64,000 nucleotides of DNA from Patescibacteria group bacterium (GTDB taxonomy: Bacteria; Patescibacteriota; Patescibacteriia; 2-01-FULL-39-33): assembly GCA_038065695.1 (NCBI GenBank), contig JBBTQN010000016.1, forward strand, positions 11,738-75,737, written 5' to 3'. The notes under the pieces are model-generated. The model did no database searches. It was not told where the DNA came from and was given only the letters and a program-made list of their open reading frames with translations. Of this stretch, positions 27,149 through 36,872 are shown piece by piece; the first letter of the stretch is position 1, and every line of letters starts with the position of its first letter. The translations under genes and the position numbers were made by a program.

Positions 27149-27709
27149 TTAAAAAATTTTCAAAAGCGAATTGAAAGTCCTGATCTCTTTTTCGCCAACA
27201 TTAACGGCTAAATTATTTAATTCAATAATAAGTTGCCTTTGGGTTTTAGCGCGAATGACGGGACAATACCCCAAATGGCTCAACAGCCCAAAAAGCGACT
27301 TGTTTAGAATCAGCAAACCGTGTTTCGCGTCAGGAGCCAAAGAGAGCTCCGCCAAAAAATTATCCGCCAAGAAAAAAACTTCTTGGTCAATAAAATCATA
27401 TTTAATTAAGGCGTCTATCGCCTCCAAGAAGTAGTCGGCAATGATGATTTTTTCCAAACTGCCGGATATTTTCCGATATCTTTTGGCAATGCCCGCTCCG
27501 GCCACCCTTTTATACCGAGAGTTACCCGCCAGCATTAAATCAATAACCAAAAACGGCTCCAAATGGCCGCTCAATTTAGAAATAATTTTTTTGGCGCCTT
27601 TGGCGATGGCCGTCACCTTGCCGAGATCTCTGGTATAGACGATATACTGCCGGTCAAAATCATTGTAATGGTCGCGGCGCAGAATGATGCCAGTAGTTAA
27701 TTGAGTCAT
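27149..27709 (-). CDS. recO: DNA repair protein RecO (short form)
   Basis: Has an N-terminal OB-fold region (GIILRRDHYNDFDRQYIVYTRDLGKVTAIAKGAKK). The track start at 27745 lies in a hairpin, so the start is placed at the Met at 27709. Confidence 0.6.
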   Translation of the reverse strand: MTQLTTGIILRRDHYNDFDRQYIVYTRDLGKVTAIAKGAKKIISKLSGHLEPFLVIDLMLAGNSRYKRVAGAGIAKRYRKISGSLEKIIIADYFLEAIDALIKYDFIDQEVFFLADNFLAELSLAPDAKHGLLILNKSLFGLLSHLGYCPVIRAKTQRQLIIELNNLAVNVGEKEIRTFNSLLKIF

Positions 27710-27727
27710 TGGAAATTGTTTTATTTT

Positions 27728-27755
27728 GTAGAGACGCATTGCCATGCGTCTCTAC
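27728..27755. repeat. hairpin gtagagacgcattgccatgcgtctctac overlapping ruvX stop codon
   Basis: A perfect 10-bp stem. Member of the gtagagacgc hairpin family. Confidence 0.85.
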
Positions 27756-28132
27756 TGGCTATCCAAATAGCTTTGTAAAATAATCATGGCGGCGACGGCA
27801 TCTTCGTCTCCCTTGGGAGAGAGCCGCTTGGCATAGCGAGTAGTTAATTGTTCATCTTGGATTTCAATATTTATATTTAATGATTCTTCTAATCGACAAA
27901 TAAAATCTTGAGTTATGTCAACTTGCTCCGGAGAATGAGCTTGAGAATTAATCGGCAGGCCGACAATAATTTTTTCTATCCCCTCTTCATCGCAAATTTT
28001 TTTGAGCTCTTTAAATAAAAAATCTTTGTTCTTATTTTTTAAAATCTTAAAGGGCGTAGCCACTCGGCTTTCCGTGTCGCCAAGCGCCAAACCTACTTTT
28101 GATTTGCCGTAATCCATGCCTAATAATTTCAT
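27752..28132 (-). CDS. ruvX: Holliday junction resolvase-like RNase H-fold protein YqgF/RuvX
   Basis: Reads LGMDYGKSKVGLALGD...EKIIVGLP. Confidence 0.8.
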   Translation of the reverse strand: MKLLGMDYGKSKVGLALGDTESRVATPFKILKNKNKDFLFKELKKICDEEGIEKIIVGLPINSQAHSPEQVDITQDFICRLEESLNINIEIQDEQLTTRYAKRLSPKGDEDAVAAMIILQSYLDSQ

Positions 28133-28229
28133 AAATTAAACTTTATAAATAGTGCCAATGCTATGACTGGAAGCAACCCTTAAATTAAATCTTTGGTTTT
28201 AGTGCGGTGATTCGGGAGTGGGTATGGTT

Positions 28230-28895
28230 TTATTTGAAAATTTGCTTATCTATTTTCTTCGCTTCGCCAACAAAAAATTTTTGCCACTCGTTTGGGTTGA
28301 TTTCTTTAATCATTCTGGGATAATCCTTGACTTCTCTTACTCTTAACAATTGGCTGCCCAATTGAATCGGGTCGATGTGCCAATCAAATTTTATCTTCGC
28401 TTTTTTAATTAATCCGTCAAGCCGCCATTTTTTATCTTTAAGAATAAAATACAAATCAATAAAATCGCGCGAACGGGGATTCTGGTAGATGGTAAAAATT
28501 TTGTTGACGGCAATATCAATCAAGCTGTCAATAAAAAGCCAACTGATTTTGTTTTTCCTTTCAATCCGCGGAAAGGGGTAATAAGTGAATTCGGTCTTGA
28601 TGATTTCGCCGTTTTTAAAATGGAGAAAAAAAAGATTCCGATTGAAACTTTGCTTGAAATCAACTTTTTTAAAGCCGCATTTCTTACTGATTGATTTAAA
28701 AAAGATAAAAATCGCTTGGGAATCGACTTCTTTTTCGGAAAAAAAATCCAAATCTTCCGAAAGCCGATGATGGAGATAAAATCCCGCCAAAGCGATGCCG
28801 CCGGTCAAATAAAAATCACGGCAGATTCCGGAATTAGTGGAAACTGCCTCTAAAACTTTTTTTTGATTTTGAGTCAAGATTTTTTCCGCGGCCAT
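28230..28895 (-). CDS. nucleotidyltransferase AbiEii/AbiGii-like toxin family protein
   Basis: Reads FYLTGGIALAGFYLHHRLSEDLDFFSEKE, matching the GGTAL..HR.S.DLDFF signature of AbiEii (DUF1814) proteins. Confidence 0.6.
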   Translation of the reverse strand: MAAEKILTQNQKKVLEAVSTNSGICRDFYLTGGIALAGFYLHHRLSEDLDFFSEKEVDSQAIFIFFKSISKKCGFKKVDFKQSFNRNLFFLHFKNGEIIKTEFTYYPFPRIERKNKISWLFIDSLIDIAVNKIFTIYQNPRSRDFIDLYFILKDKKWRLDGLIKKAKIKFDWHIDPIQLGSQLLRVREVKDYPRMIKEINPNEWQKFFVGEAKKIDKQIFK

Positions 28896-29080
28896 AACAA
28901 AAATTCAAGATATTTTTTCTTTTGCGAATCAAGACGGAGGCGGGACCAATATTTTTTTAATTCCCCTTTTCTAATTTTTTCTTTATTCAAACCAAAATTA
29001 ACCATTTGTTCAAGACGCCAAATGGCGTATTGTTTCTTGTCTTTTTTTAACTCGCTGGTTTTAACTGACCAATTATACAT
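28874..29080 (-). CDS. small basic ORF overlapping the AbiEii start by 22 nt (possible cognate partner, or remnant)
   Basis: ORF only. Reads MYNWSVKTSELKKDKKQYAIWRLEQMVNFGLNKEKIRKGELKKYW. Confidence 0.3.
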   Translation of the reverse strand: MYNWSVKTSELKKDKKQYAIWRLEQMVNFGLNKEKIRKGELKKYWSRLRLDSQKKKYLEFLLWPRKKS

Positions 29081-29220
29081 ATAATTTATACCTATTTATC
29101 CATTAATTATAGCAAATTTTAAGTTAAAAATCAATAATAAAAATTTTCCAACAACGGCCAATTCCGAGACTGATTTATTGCCATTGTTTTGATTTTTAAA
29201 AAAAATGATTTGAAAAATTA

Positions 29221-29285
29221 TTCTTTTTTTTAGATGGGATTGCTTCGGTCGTCCCGCCAAGGCGGGACTCCCTCGCAATGACATT
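29221..29285. repeat. GC-rich hairpin repeat (gggattgcttcggtcgtcccgccaaggcgggactccctcgcaatgac)
   Basis: Has the stem cccgcc-aa-ggcggg and shares its termini with 20380-20420. Confidence 0.65.
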
Positions 29286-30054
29286 ATAAAATAGTTAAAA
29301 TATCCCCGCCTTTTTCGCCGACGGCGATGGTGTGTTCAAAATGCGCCGAGAGCGAGCCGTCACGAGTGACGATCGTCCAGCCGTCGTCAAGCGTTTCCAC
29401 TTCCCAAGAACCGGCATTAACCATCGGCTCAATCGCCAAAGTCATGCCTTTTTCAAGTTTAATATTTTTAAAATCGTTGCTGATATAATTCGGCACTTGC
29501 GGCTCTTCGTGGGCTTGGTAACCGACGCCATGGCCAACCAATTGCCGGACGATTGAAAAACCGTTTTTTTCAACCTGGCTTTGGATTTCTTTGGCAACAT
29601 CAAGAAGTCGGCTACCGGCTTTAGCTTTTTTAATACCCCGCCCTAGCGCTTCCTCGGTGACGGCCATCAATTTTTTCGCTTCCTTGCTCACCCGTCCGAC
29701 TGCCACCGTCCTTGCGATATCGGTATAAAAATCTTTGTATTCCAAGCCGCAATCAAGGCCGACAATGTCGCCATTTTTCAAAATCCGATTCGGCTCGGCG
29801 AGGCCATGGACCACTTCGTCATTTACGGAAACGCACAAAGCCGACGGATAGACATGTTCGGCCCAAGCCGCTTTGTAGCCCTTAAAACTCGGCCGGCCGC
29901 CTTTTTCTTTGATGAGTTTTTCCACCAAATCATTGAGTTCCTTGGTGCCCACGCCCGGCTTAATTTTTTTTATCACCAAATTCAAAATTCCGGCCAAGAT
30001 ATGGCCGCCCTCGCGCATAATTTCAATTTCTGCCGAAGTTTTTGGTTTGACCAT
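29284..30054 (-). CDS. map: type I methionine aminopeptidase
   Basis: Reads IEIMREGGHILA...VHGLAEPNRILKNGDIVGLDCG...HFEHTIAV. Confidence 0.9.
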   Translation of the reverse strand: MVKPKTSAEIEIMREGGHILAGILNLVIKKIKPGVGTKELNDLVEKLIKEKGGRPSFKGYKAAWAEHVYPSALCVSVNDEVVHGLAEPNRILKNGDIVGLDCGLEYKDFYTDIARTVAVGRVSKEAKKLMAVTEEALGRGIKKAKAGSRLLDVAKEIQSQVEKNGFSIVRQLVGHGVGYQAHEEPQVPNYISNDFKNIKLEKGMTLAIEPMVNAGSWEVETLDDGWTIVTRDGSLSAHFEHTIAVGEKGGDILTIL

Positions 30055-30060
30055 AAAAAA

Positions 30061-30738
30061 TTATTTCACTAAATTCAGTTTATTCCTCAAATCAAATACC
30101 AGGTGTCTGACGAATTGCTGAAAAACGCCTTCAATGTGCTTTTCGCCGTCAAGGCGGATGAGAATCTTTTTGCTTTCAAAAAATTCAATAATCGGCGCCA
30201 TCTCGCCGTGATAAACCAATAAGCGCTGTCTCACCACTTCTTCCTTGTCATCATCGCGTTGGAAAAGCGGTTCGCCGCAAGTATCGCAAACGGCTTCTTT
30301 TTTAGTCGGCGAATACTTCAAATGCCAAGAATGACCGTTCTTGCAAACCCGCCGGCCGGACATCCTTTCCACAATCACCTCATCTGAAACATGGATTAAA
30401 AAAACATAATCAAGGTCAACCGCCCCGCTGATGACTTCGGCTTGGCTTAAAGTGCGCGGATAGCCGTCAATGACAAAACCGAAACGGCAATCATCTTTTT
30501 TTATCCGCTCCAAAATCAAGCGGTCCACGATTTCGCTCGGCACCAATTTGCCTTCGTTCATATATTTTGCCACTTCCAAGGATAAGGGATGAGCCGGGTC
30601 ATCTTTAATGGGGTGTAAAATCTGCCCCGAGGAAATGTGGGGAATATCAAAAGTAGCGGCCAAGAGCTCCGCCTGCGTCCCCTTGCCCGAAACGGGCGGA
30701 CCGAGGACGATAATTTCGAATGGCTTTTCGTTTGACAT
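30061..30738 (-). CDS. adk: adenylate kinase (zinc LID)
   Basis: Reads IIVLGPPVSGKGTQAELLA with LID Cys CKNGHSWH...CDTCG. Confidence 0.9.
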   Translation of the reverse strand: MSNEKPFEIIVLGPPVSGKGTQAELLAATFDIPHISSGQILHPIKDDPAHPLSLEVAKYMNEGKLVPSEIVDRLILERIKKDDCRFGFVIDGYPRTLSQAEVISGAVDLDYVFLIHVSDEVIVERMSGRRVCKNGHSWHLKYSPTKKEAVCDTCGEPLFQRDDDKEEVVRQRLLVYHGEMAPIIEFFESKKILIRLDGEKHIEGVFQQFVRHLVFDLRNKLNLVK

Positions 30739-30919
30739 AAATATAATTTTAGTTTTTAATTTTTAAATAAATTCTAATTTTTAATGTTTAAAAATTAAAA
30801 CATTAAAAATTATTTAAAAATTAAAAATTGGAAATTAAAAATTTACAAGACACTTTTATTTTACTTTATTCTTCTTAAAAAAGAAAGCCCCTATTTAGGG
30901 GCTTCAACTGATTACCGAG
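30739..30919. repeat. AT-word palindromic spacer ('ttaaaaatt' words)
   Basis: The palindrome is taatttttaatgtttaaaaattaaaacattaaaaatta. Confidence 0.6.
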
Positions 30920-32194
30920 TTAAATTTCCTCGTAATCTCTCATCGAGAGTTGGGCGTTGATTTGAGTCATAGATTCAATCACCACCGAGACCACGATGAG
31001 CAAGCTCGTGCCACCCACGACCAGAGTCTGGGTGCCGGTGATGCCCGCCGTCACGAGAGGCAGAACCGCGACCACACCCAAAAACAAAGCGCCGATGAAG
31101 ATAATTCTAGTGACGATTTTTTGCAAATATTCCGCCGTGCTCCGGCCCGGCCTGATGCCCGGGATGAAGCCGCCGTTCTTCTGCAAATTTTCCGAAATCT
31201 GGTCGGGATGAAAAATAACAAAGGTATAAAAATAAGTAAAAGCCACCACTAAGACAAAATACAAAATGCCGTAGAACAGCTGATTCTGAAAAAATTGAAT
31301 CACCCATTGAGCGGAGGCGACCAGCCAGGTCGTCTTGGCGCGCAAAAAGAGTTGCGCGATCATCGGCGGAATCAGAATGATGGAAATCGCGAAGATAATC
31401 GGAATGACGCCGGCTTGGTTGACCCGAAGAGGCAAATGGGTGTTGGTGCCGCCGTACATCTTATTGCCCCGGACTCGACGCGCGTAAGAAATGGGGATGT
31501 TGCGTTGGCCTTCGGTGATAAGAACCACGGCCGCCACCGTAATCAAGGCGATAATGCCGAAAATAATCATATTGATAATTTCCGCCTTATCAAAAGTGTA
31601 TAAGGTGCTGCCGATGGAGGCGGGCAATCCGGAAATAATGCCGGCAAAAATTAAAAGCGAGATGCCGTTACCAATGTGTTTTTCGCTGATGAGTTCCCCG
31701 ATCCACATTAAAAATATCGTGCCAGCGGTAATGGTGGACATCGCCAAAAACATCTGCCAAGAACTGAAGTTGGGCAGAAAACCAGCCGCGGATTGGCGAA
31801 GCAGAGTAATCATGCCGAAAGCCTGCAAAAAAGACAAAGGGATGGTCGCCCAACGGGTCCATTGGTTGATTTTCGCTCGGCCGTATTCGCCTTCTTTGGA
31901 AAGCTCCTCAAGCGAGGGAACGACCATCGCTAAAAGCTGAAAAATAATGGAAGCGGTAATATAAGGCGCCACGCCAAGCATGACAATGGAAAAATTCTCC
32001 ATACTGCCGCCGGAAAAGACATTCATCAGCCCCAAAAGTTGGTTGGAACTGAAAAGTTTTTTTAATCCTGACGGGTCAATGCCAGGCACGGGAATATGGG
32101 CCGCGATGCGAAAAATCACCAGCATGCCAAAAACAAAGAGGAGACTTTTTCGCAAATCTTTTATCTTCCAAATTTGGATAAGTTTATCAAACAT
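30920..32194 (-). CDS. secY: preprotein translocase subunit SecY
   Basis: A 424-aa protein with 10 TM helices, starting MFDKLIQIWKIKDLRKSLLFVFGMLVIFRIAAHIPVPGI. Confidence 0.9.
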   Translation of the reverse strand: MFDKLIQIWKIKDLRKSLLFVFGMLVIFRIAAHIPVPGIDPSGLKKLFSSNQLLGLMNVFSGGSMENFSIVMLGVAPYITASIIFQLLAMVVPSLEELSKEGEYGRAKINQWTRWATIPLSFLQAFGMITLLRQSAAGFLPNFSSWQMFLAMSTITAGTIFLMWIGELISEKHIGNGISLLIFAGIISGLPASIGSTLYTFDKAEIINMIIFGIIALITVAAVVLITEGQRNIPISYARRVRGNKMYGGTNTHLPLRVNQAGVIPIIFAISIILIPPMIAQLFLRAKTTWLVASAQWVIQFFQNQLFYGILYFVLVVAFTYFYTFVIFHPDQISENLQKNGGFIPGIRPGRSTAEYLQKIVTRIIFIGALFLGVVAVLPLVTAGITGTQTLVVGGTSLLIVVSVVIESMTQINAQLSMRDYEEI

Positions 32195-32235
32195 AATTAA
32201 AAGTCAAAAATAGATGAAAACACACCCGATGGGCT

Positions 32236-32691
32236 TTATGATTTAGAAGATTTTATAAACTGGATTTTCCCGCCTCCTTCTTCAATCGCCTTTTGGGCGG
32301 AGGCAGAAAAAGCATTGGCAACGACGGTTAATTTTTTGGTCAACTTGCCGGCGCCTAATATCTTGATACCATTTTTAGTGTCGCGAATCAAGCCGGCTCT
32401 GATCATCAATCGAGCATTGATAACATCGCCATCTTGGAATTTTTTCTCCAAATCAGCCAAATTAACCACGGCAAACTTTTTGTTCAAGCTTTGAAAACCG
32501 CGCTTTTTAGGAATGCGCCTCAATGTCTGCTTTAGTCCCAAGAGCTTTAAACCGCCCTTGCCGCCGGATCTCGCCCTTTGGCCTTTCATACCCCGGCCGG
32601 AATAAGTGCCGCGCTTGCCCCCGCGACCAACCCGACGCGATTTTCTTTTTGAACCTTTAGCTGGTTTCAAATTGGATAAATTAAGTGGCAT
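32236..32691 (-). CDS. rplO: 50S ribosomal protein L15
   Basis: Reads KPAKGSKRKSRRVGRGGKRGTYSGRG. Confidence 0.9.
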   Translation of the reverse strand: MPLNLSNLKPAKGSKRKSRRVGRGGKRGTYSGRGMKGQRARSGGKGGLKLLGLKQTLRRIPKKRGFQSLNKKFAVVNLADLEKKFQDGDVINARLMIRAGLIRDTKNGIKILGAGKLTKKLTVVANAFSASAQKAIEEGGGKIQFIKSSKS

Positions 32692-32694
32692 AAT

Positions 32695-33207
32695 CTATTT
32701 ATTATTTTCTTGATTTAAATCTTTCTTTTCACTTTTCACCGCCTTTAATTTTTTTAGCCCCTCAATCGTCGCTTTGACGTTGTTAATCTTATTTTTGCCG
32801 CCCATTATCTTGGAAACAATATTTTCCACTCCCAAAAGTTCCAAAACCAAACGCACCGAACCACCGGAAATAATACCGGTGCCGACCGGAGCGGGTTTGA
32901 GCATCACTTTGGCCGCGCCATACTTCTGTAAAACTCCGTGAGGGATCGTGCCTTTGGTCAGGTTGACTTTGATTAAATTTTTTTCCGCTTTTTTGCTGGC
33001 CTTGCCCACGGAATCGGAAACGTCCTTGCCCTTAGCCAAGCCAAAACCGATCCGGCCCTTCCGGTCGCCGACCAAGACCGCCGCTCGAAATCTCATTCTT
33101 TTGCCGCCGGCCATGACTCTGGTGACCCGAGCGATTTCAACGATGGTCTGGTCGAATTCGGATTGCTCCTTTTTTCCCTTAAAGCTTCTTCTCTTATTAT
33201 TGGACAT
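32695..33207 (-). CDS. rpsE: 30S ribosomal protein S5 (directly followed by L15; no L30 gene)
   Basis: Reads VTRVMAGGKRMRFRAAVLVGD...GTGIISGGSVR. Confidence 0.9.
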   Translation of the reverse strand: MSNNKRRSFKGKKEQSEFDQTIVEIARVTRVMAGGKRMRFRAAVLVGDRKGRIGFGLAKGKDVSDSVGKASKKAEKNLIKVNLTKGTIPHGVLQKYGAAKVMLKPAPVGTGIISGGSVRLVLELLGVENIVSKIMGGKNKINNVKATIEGLKKLKAVKSEKKDLNQENNK

Positions 33208-33217
33208 ATATTTTTAA

Positions 33218-33577
33218 TTAAATTTTTAAACCGGCGTTTCTCGCGCCGTCGGCGACCGCCTTGATTCGGCCGTGGTATTTGGCTTCGCCTTTGTCAAAAA
33301 CCGCCTGTTTAACTCCTTTAGCCAGAGCTTTTTCCGCGATGATTTTTCCCAATCCGGCCGCCTTTTCTGTTTTGGTTTTACCGGTCTTGACTTCCCCGTC
33401 ACTTGCGCTCACGATGGTTTTTCCCGCTTCATCATCAATCAGCTGGGCGTAAATATGCTTCAAACTTCTAAATACCGAAAGTCGCGGGCGACTCTTCGTC
33501 CCAGAAATTTTTGCTCTCACTCTTTTCTTTCTCCTTAATTGAATTTGATTTTTTAATTTAGCTTTTTTCATAACCAA
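33218..33577 (-). CDS. rplR: 50S ribosomal protein L18
   Basis: Reads [20 protein letters not shown]. Confidence 0.9.
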   Translation of the reverse strand: MVMKKAKLKNQIQLRRKKRVRAKISGTKSRPRLSVFRSLKHIYAQLIDDEAGKTIVSASDGEVKTGKTKTEKAAGLGKIIAEKALAKGVKQAVFDKGEAKYHGRIKAVADGARNAGLKI

Positions 33578-33580
33578 TAA

Positions 33581-34120
33581 TTATTTAGCCGCCGCCTTGC
33601 CGGCTTTGCGCCTTAAAACTTCATCCGCGTATTTAATTCCTTTACCTTTGTAGGGCTCGGGTTTTTTAATTCTTTTTATTTGAGCGGCCGTTTCGCCGAC
33701 CAATTGCTTGTCAATCCCGCTGATGGCGATAATATTGCCTTCCATTTTTATTTCAATCCCGTCAGGAATCGCGTATTCCACCGGATGAGAAAAACCGACA
33801 TTTAAAATTAACTTTTTACCTGACACGGCCGCCTTAAAACCAATGCCGTTTATTTCCAATTTTTCAGAAAAGCCTTCGGTCACGCCTAAAACCATATTTT
33901 TAATCAAACTGCCGAAAAGCCCCCATAAAGCGCGTTGCGACTTTTCGGTTTCGTCTTCAACTTTAATATTAAAGATGCCGTCATTTATCGCCACTTTGAC
34001 TTGGGGATGAATTTCCTGGCGCAATTCGCCTTTCGGACCCTTAACCACGACAAAATTAGCTTCTATTTTAGCTTCTACTCCCGCGGGGATCTTGATCAAT
34101 TGTTTACCGATTCTACTCAT
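33581..34120 (-). CDS. rplF: 50S ribosomal protein L6
   Basis: Reads MSRIGKQLIKIPAGVE...FSHPVEY. Confidence 0.9.
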   Translation of the reverse strand: MSRIGKQLIKIPAGVEAKIEANFVVVKGPKGELRQEIHPQVKVAINDGIFNIKVEDETEKSQRALWGLFGSLIKNMVLGVTEGFSEKLEINGIGFKAAVSGKKLILNVGFSHPVEYAIPDGIEIKMEGNIIAISGIDKQLVGETAAQIKRIKKPEPYKGKGIKYADEVLRRKAGKAAAK

Positions 34121-34163
34121 ATTTTAAAAATATAAAAATATAAAAACTTAAAAATAAATTTTA

Positions 34164-34562
34164 TTAATAGATTTCACAGATTACCTCGCCGCCCAATCCT
34201 GTTTTTTTCGCCTCTTTGCCGGTCATCAGTCCTTGCGAAGTCGAGACGATCGCTAAGCCGTAATTATTTAAGACTTTGGGCAAATTATCTTTGCTGGCGT
34301 AAACCCGCCGGCCCGGTTTGGAAATCTTCTTGATCGAAGAAATAGCCGGCTCATTGTCTTTATACTTAAGCTGGATATTAAAACCGCCGAATTTCTTGTC
34401 TGGACTATAATCCATCTCTTCAAAACCATTAATAAAGCCTTCCTTCTTTAAAATCTTAATAATTTCCAGTTTCATCTTGGAAAAAGGAACATAAACCTCT
34501 TCTTTTTTCACTCTTGAGGCATTTCTGATTCTGGTTAGCATGTCAGCGATTGGATCAGTCAT
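34164..34562 (-). CDS. rpsH: 30S ribosomal protein S8
   Basis: Reads [15 protein letters not shown]...TSQGLMT. Confidence 0.9.
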   Translation of the reverse strand: MTDPIADMLTRIRNASRVKKEEVYVPFSKMKLEIIKILKKEGFINGFEEMDYSPDKKFGGFNIQLKYKDNEPAISSIKKISKPGRRVYASKDNLPKVLNNYGLAIVSTSQGLMTGKEAKKTGLGGEVICEIY

Positions 34563-34676
34563 AATATTAAAAACTTAAAAATATAAAAACTTAAAAATAA
34601 ATTTTTATCTGGATTATTATTTACATTTAATATTCTCTTCATATTTTTATATTCTTGTATTTTTATATTTTTATTG
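34563..34676. repeat. AT-word palindromic spacer ('tataaaaat' words) between rpsH and S14
   Basis: The sequence is ataatattaaaaacttaaaaatataaaaacttaaaaataaattttt...tttttatattcttgtatttttatattttta. Confidence 0.6.
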
Positions 34677-34862
34677 TTACCATGAAGATTTGCCAATACC
34701 TGGGATTTGACCGCTGGTGGCCAGCTCCCGGAAACAAATGCGGCACAACTTAAACTTTCTCATATAACCATGCCGACGACCGCAACGCCAGCATCGGTTA
34801 ACCGATCGGGTAGAATATTTTTGTTTCTTTTTTGATCTCGCGATTTGCGCTTCGGTTGCCAT
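34677..34862 (-). CDS. rpsZ: 30S ribosomal protein S14 type Z
   Basis: Reads [24 protein letters not shown]. Confidence 0.9.
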   Translation of the reverse strand: MATEAQIARSKKKQKYSTRSVNRCWRCGRRHGYMRKFKLCRICFRELATSGQIPGIGKSSW

Positions 34863-34968
34863 AATTTTAAAAATATAAAAATATAAAACTATAAAAATAT
34901 AAATTTTGGAACTGATTATTTTTTAGATCTAACATATTTTATTCTTGTATTATTGTGTTCTTGTATTT

Positions 34969-35514
34969 TTATGATTTTTGAAAAGGAAAACCAAGTAATT
35001 TAAACAATTCAAGTCCTCTTTCACGACTTTGGGCATTGGTGGTGATGGAAATCTCCAAACCGTGGATCCGTTCCACCTCGTCAGAACGAATTTCCGGAAA
35101 AACATTATGTTCTTTAAGCCCGATATTCAGATTGCCTTGAGAGTCAACATTTTTTTCCGGCAGACCTCGAAAATCGCGGATTCTCGGCAAGGAGACATTA
35201 ATCAGTTTGTCTAAAAAGTCATACATCCGTTTTCCCCTTATGGTCACCTTGACGCCCACGACCATATTTTCGCGCACTTTAAAAGCTGATATTGCCTGAC
35301 GCGCCTTAGCGCGCACCGGCTTCTGACCGGTAATACGCATTAAATTGTTTTCCACGTTTTCCAAGAGAGCATTGTCGGTGCTTCTGGAATTAATGCCCAC
35401 ATTGACGCTTACTTTCTCGATTTTCGGCGCGGCCATTTTATTTTTCAAGCCAAAACTAGCCACCAATTTCGGCGCCACTTCTTCCTGATATTTCTTGTAT
35501 AATTTAGATTTCAT
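34969..35514 (-). CDS. rplE: 50S ribosomal protein L5
   Basis: Reads APKIEKVSVNVGIN...GLEISITT. Confidence 0.9.
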   Translation of the reverse strand: MKSKLYKKYQEEVAPKLVASFGLKNKMAAPKIEKVSVNVGINSRSTDNALLENVENNLMRITGQKPVRAKARQAISAFKVRENMVVGVKVTIRGKRMYDFLDKLINVSLPRIRDFRGLPEKNVDSQGNLNIGLKEHNVFPEIRSDEVERIHGLEISITTNAQSRERGLELFKLLGFPFQKS

Positions 35515-35560
35515 ATCTTAATTATTCGTATATTCGTAATTATTCGCGATTCGTAGAGTA

Positions 35561-35881
35561 TTAAATTTCTTCTTTGCATTTTTTACAAACGCGCACTTTT
35601 ACTTTTTCGCCTGATTCCAATTTATTAATTTTGTAGCCGACTCTCGCGTCTCGGCCGCATTTCGGACAAATCAAAGAAACTTGCGAAATTCTGACCGCCC
35701 GAGGGAACTGAATCCTCTGCCCTTTTTCTCCCTGTCTTTTCCCTTTTTGGTGCTTAATAATCAAATTCAAACCTTCAATCATTAATCGGCCCTCACCGGC
35801 AAAAACCTGCAAAACCTTGCCGGCCTTGCCTTTATCCTTGCCCGAGAGCATTTTCACTTTGTCTCCTTTCTTAATCTTCAT
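35561..35881 (-). CDS. rplX: 50S ribosomal protein L24 with C-terminal CxxC...CxxC zinc-ribbon extension
   Basis: Reads [22 protein letters not shown]...CPKCG...CKKC. Confidence 0.85.
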   Translation of the reverse strand: MKIKKGDKVKMLSGKDKGKAGKVLQVFAGEGRLMIEGLNLIIKHQKGKRQGEKGQRIQFPRAVRISQVSLICPKCGRDARVGYKINKLESGEKVKVRVCKKCKEEI

Positions 35882-35986
35882 ATCTTAATTTAATTTGACT
35901 ACTTGATAAATTATTTATTATTTTTTCTCATCGTCCCGCCTTTTTAATTTTGATATTTTAATTTATTAATTTCTTAATTTTTTAAT

Positions 35987-36358
35987 CTACAACACCTCTG
36001 AAGCCAGAGAAATAATTTTCTGATACCCCAAATTCCTCAACTCCCTCGGTACCGGGCCGAAAACACGAGTCCCCTTCATCTCTTTTTCCTTCAAGTCAAT
36101 AATAACGGCCGCATTTTCATCAAAGCGGATATAAGAGCCATCCGAGCGGCGAACTTCCTTTTTGGTGCGGACCAAAACGGCATGGACCACATCGCCCTTT
36201 TTAACCAGGCTGTGAGGCACGGCTTCTTTTACGGAGGCAGTGACAATGTCGCCGATTCTGGCATATCTCTTTTGATAGCCGCCCAAAACTTTAATCACCT
36301 GGAGCTTTCTGGCTCCGGTATTGTCCGCGGATTTTAGCATTGACCTTGGTTGAACCAT
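35987..36358 (-). CDS. rplN: 50S ribosomal protein L14
   Basis: Reads [24 protein letters not shown]. Confidence 0.9.
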   Translation of the reverse strand: MVQPRSMLKSADNTGARKLQVIKVLGGYQKRYARIGDIVTASVKEAVPHSLVKKGDVVHAVLVRTKKEVRRSDGSYIRFDENAAVIIDLKEKEMKGTRVFGPVPRELRNLGYQKIISLASEVL

Positions 36359-36408
36359 ATTATTTTAAAAATATAAAAATATAAAAATATTCTTGTATTC
36401 TTGTATTT

Positions 36409-36663
36409 TTATATTCTTGTATTCTTGTAAACCACCCGCCACCTTTTATCCTTACTCATCGGCCGGCATTCGATAAACTCAATCACATCCCCGATCTTGT
36501 ATTGATTCTTGGGATCGTGGACTTTATACTTTTTGCTTACTTTATATCTCTTGTGGTATCTGGGGTGCATTTTAAAACGGTCAATTTTAACCACGACGGT
36601 CTTTTCCATTTTATCGGAAACCACTTCGCCTTTGAATTTTTTTAATATTTTATTTTCCTTCAT
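36409..36663 (-). CDS. rpsQ: 30S ribosomal protein S17
   Basis: Reads [27 protein letters not shown]. Confidence 0.9.
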   Translation of the reverse strand: MKENKILKKFKGEVVSDKMEKTVVVKIDRFKMHPRYHKRYKVSKKYKVHDPKNQYKIGDVIEFIECRPMSKDKRWRVVYKNTRI

Positions 36664-36672
36664 ATCTTTAAT

Positions 36673-36861
36673 TTAAGCTTTTTTTTGTTTTATTACCGTA
36701 AGTATTCGCGCGATATCTTTCTTTATCACCCTGACTTCGCGCATATTTTTCAATTGCTTCTGTCTTACTTTAAAATTTAAATCATCCAATTTACTTTGCA
36801 TTTCCTTCAATGTTTGATTTAACTCTTCAATTGATTTTAATCTAATTTCCTTTAATTCCAT
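36673..36861 (-). CDS. rpmC: 50S ribosomal protein L29
   Basis: Reads ELNQTLKEMQSKLDDLNFKV. Confidence 0.8.
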   Translation of the reverse strand: MELKEIRLKSIEELNQTLKEMQSKLDDLNFKVRQKQLKNMREVRVIKKDIARILTVIKQKKA

Positions 36862-36872
36862 ATCTGAATTAA

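Noticed and set aside
29096-29284. 62-aa minus-strand ORF between the AbiEii-like locus and map
   Set aside because: It is composed largely of the GC-rich repeat at 29221-29285 and AT filler, with no coding signal.
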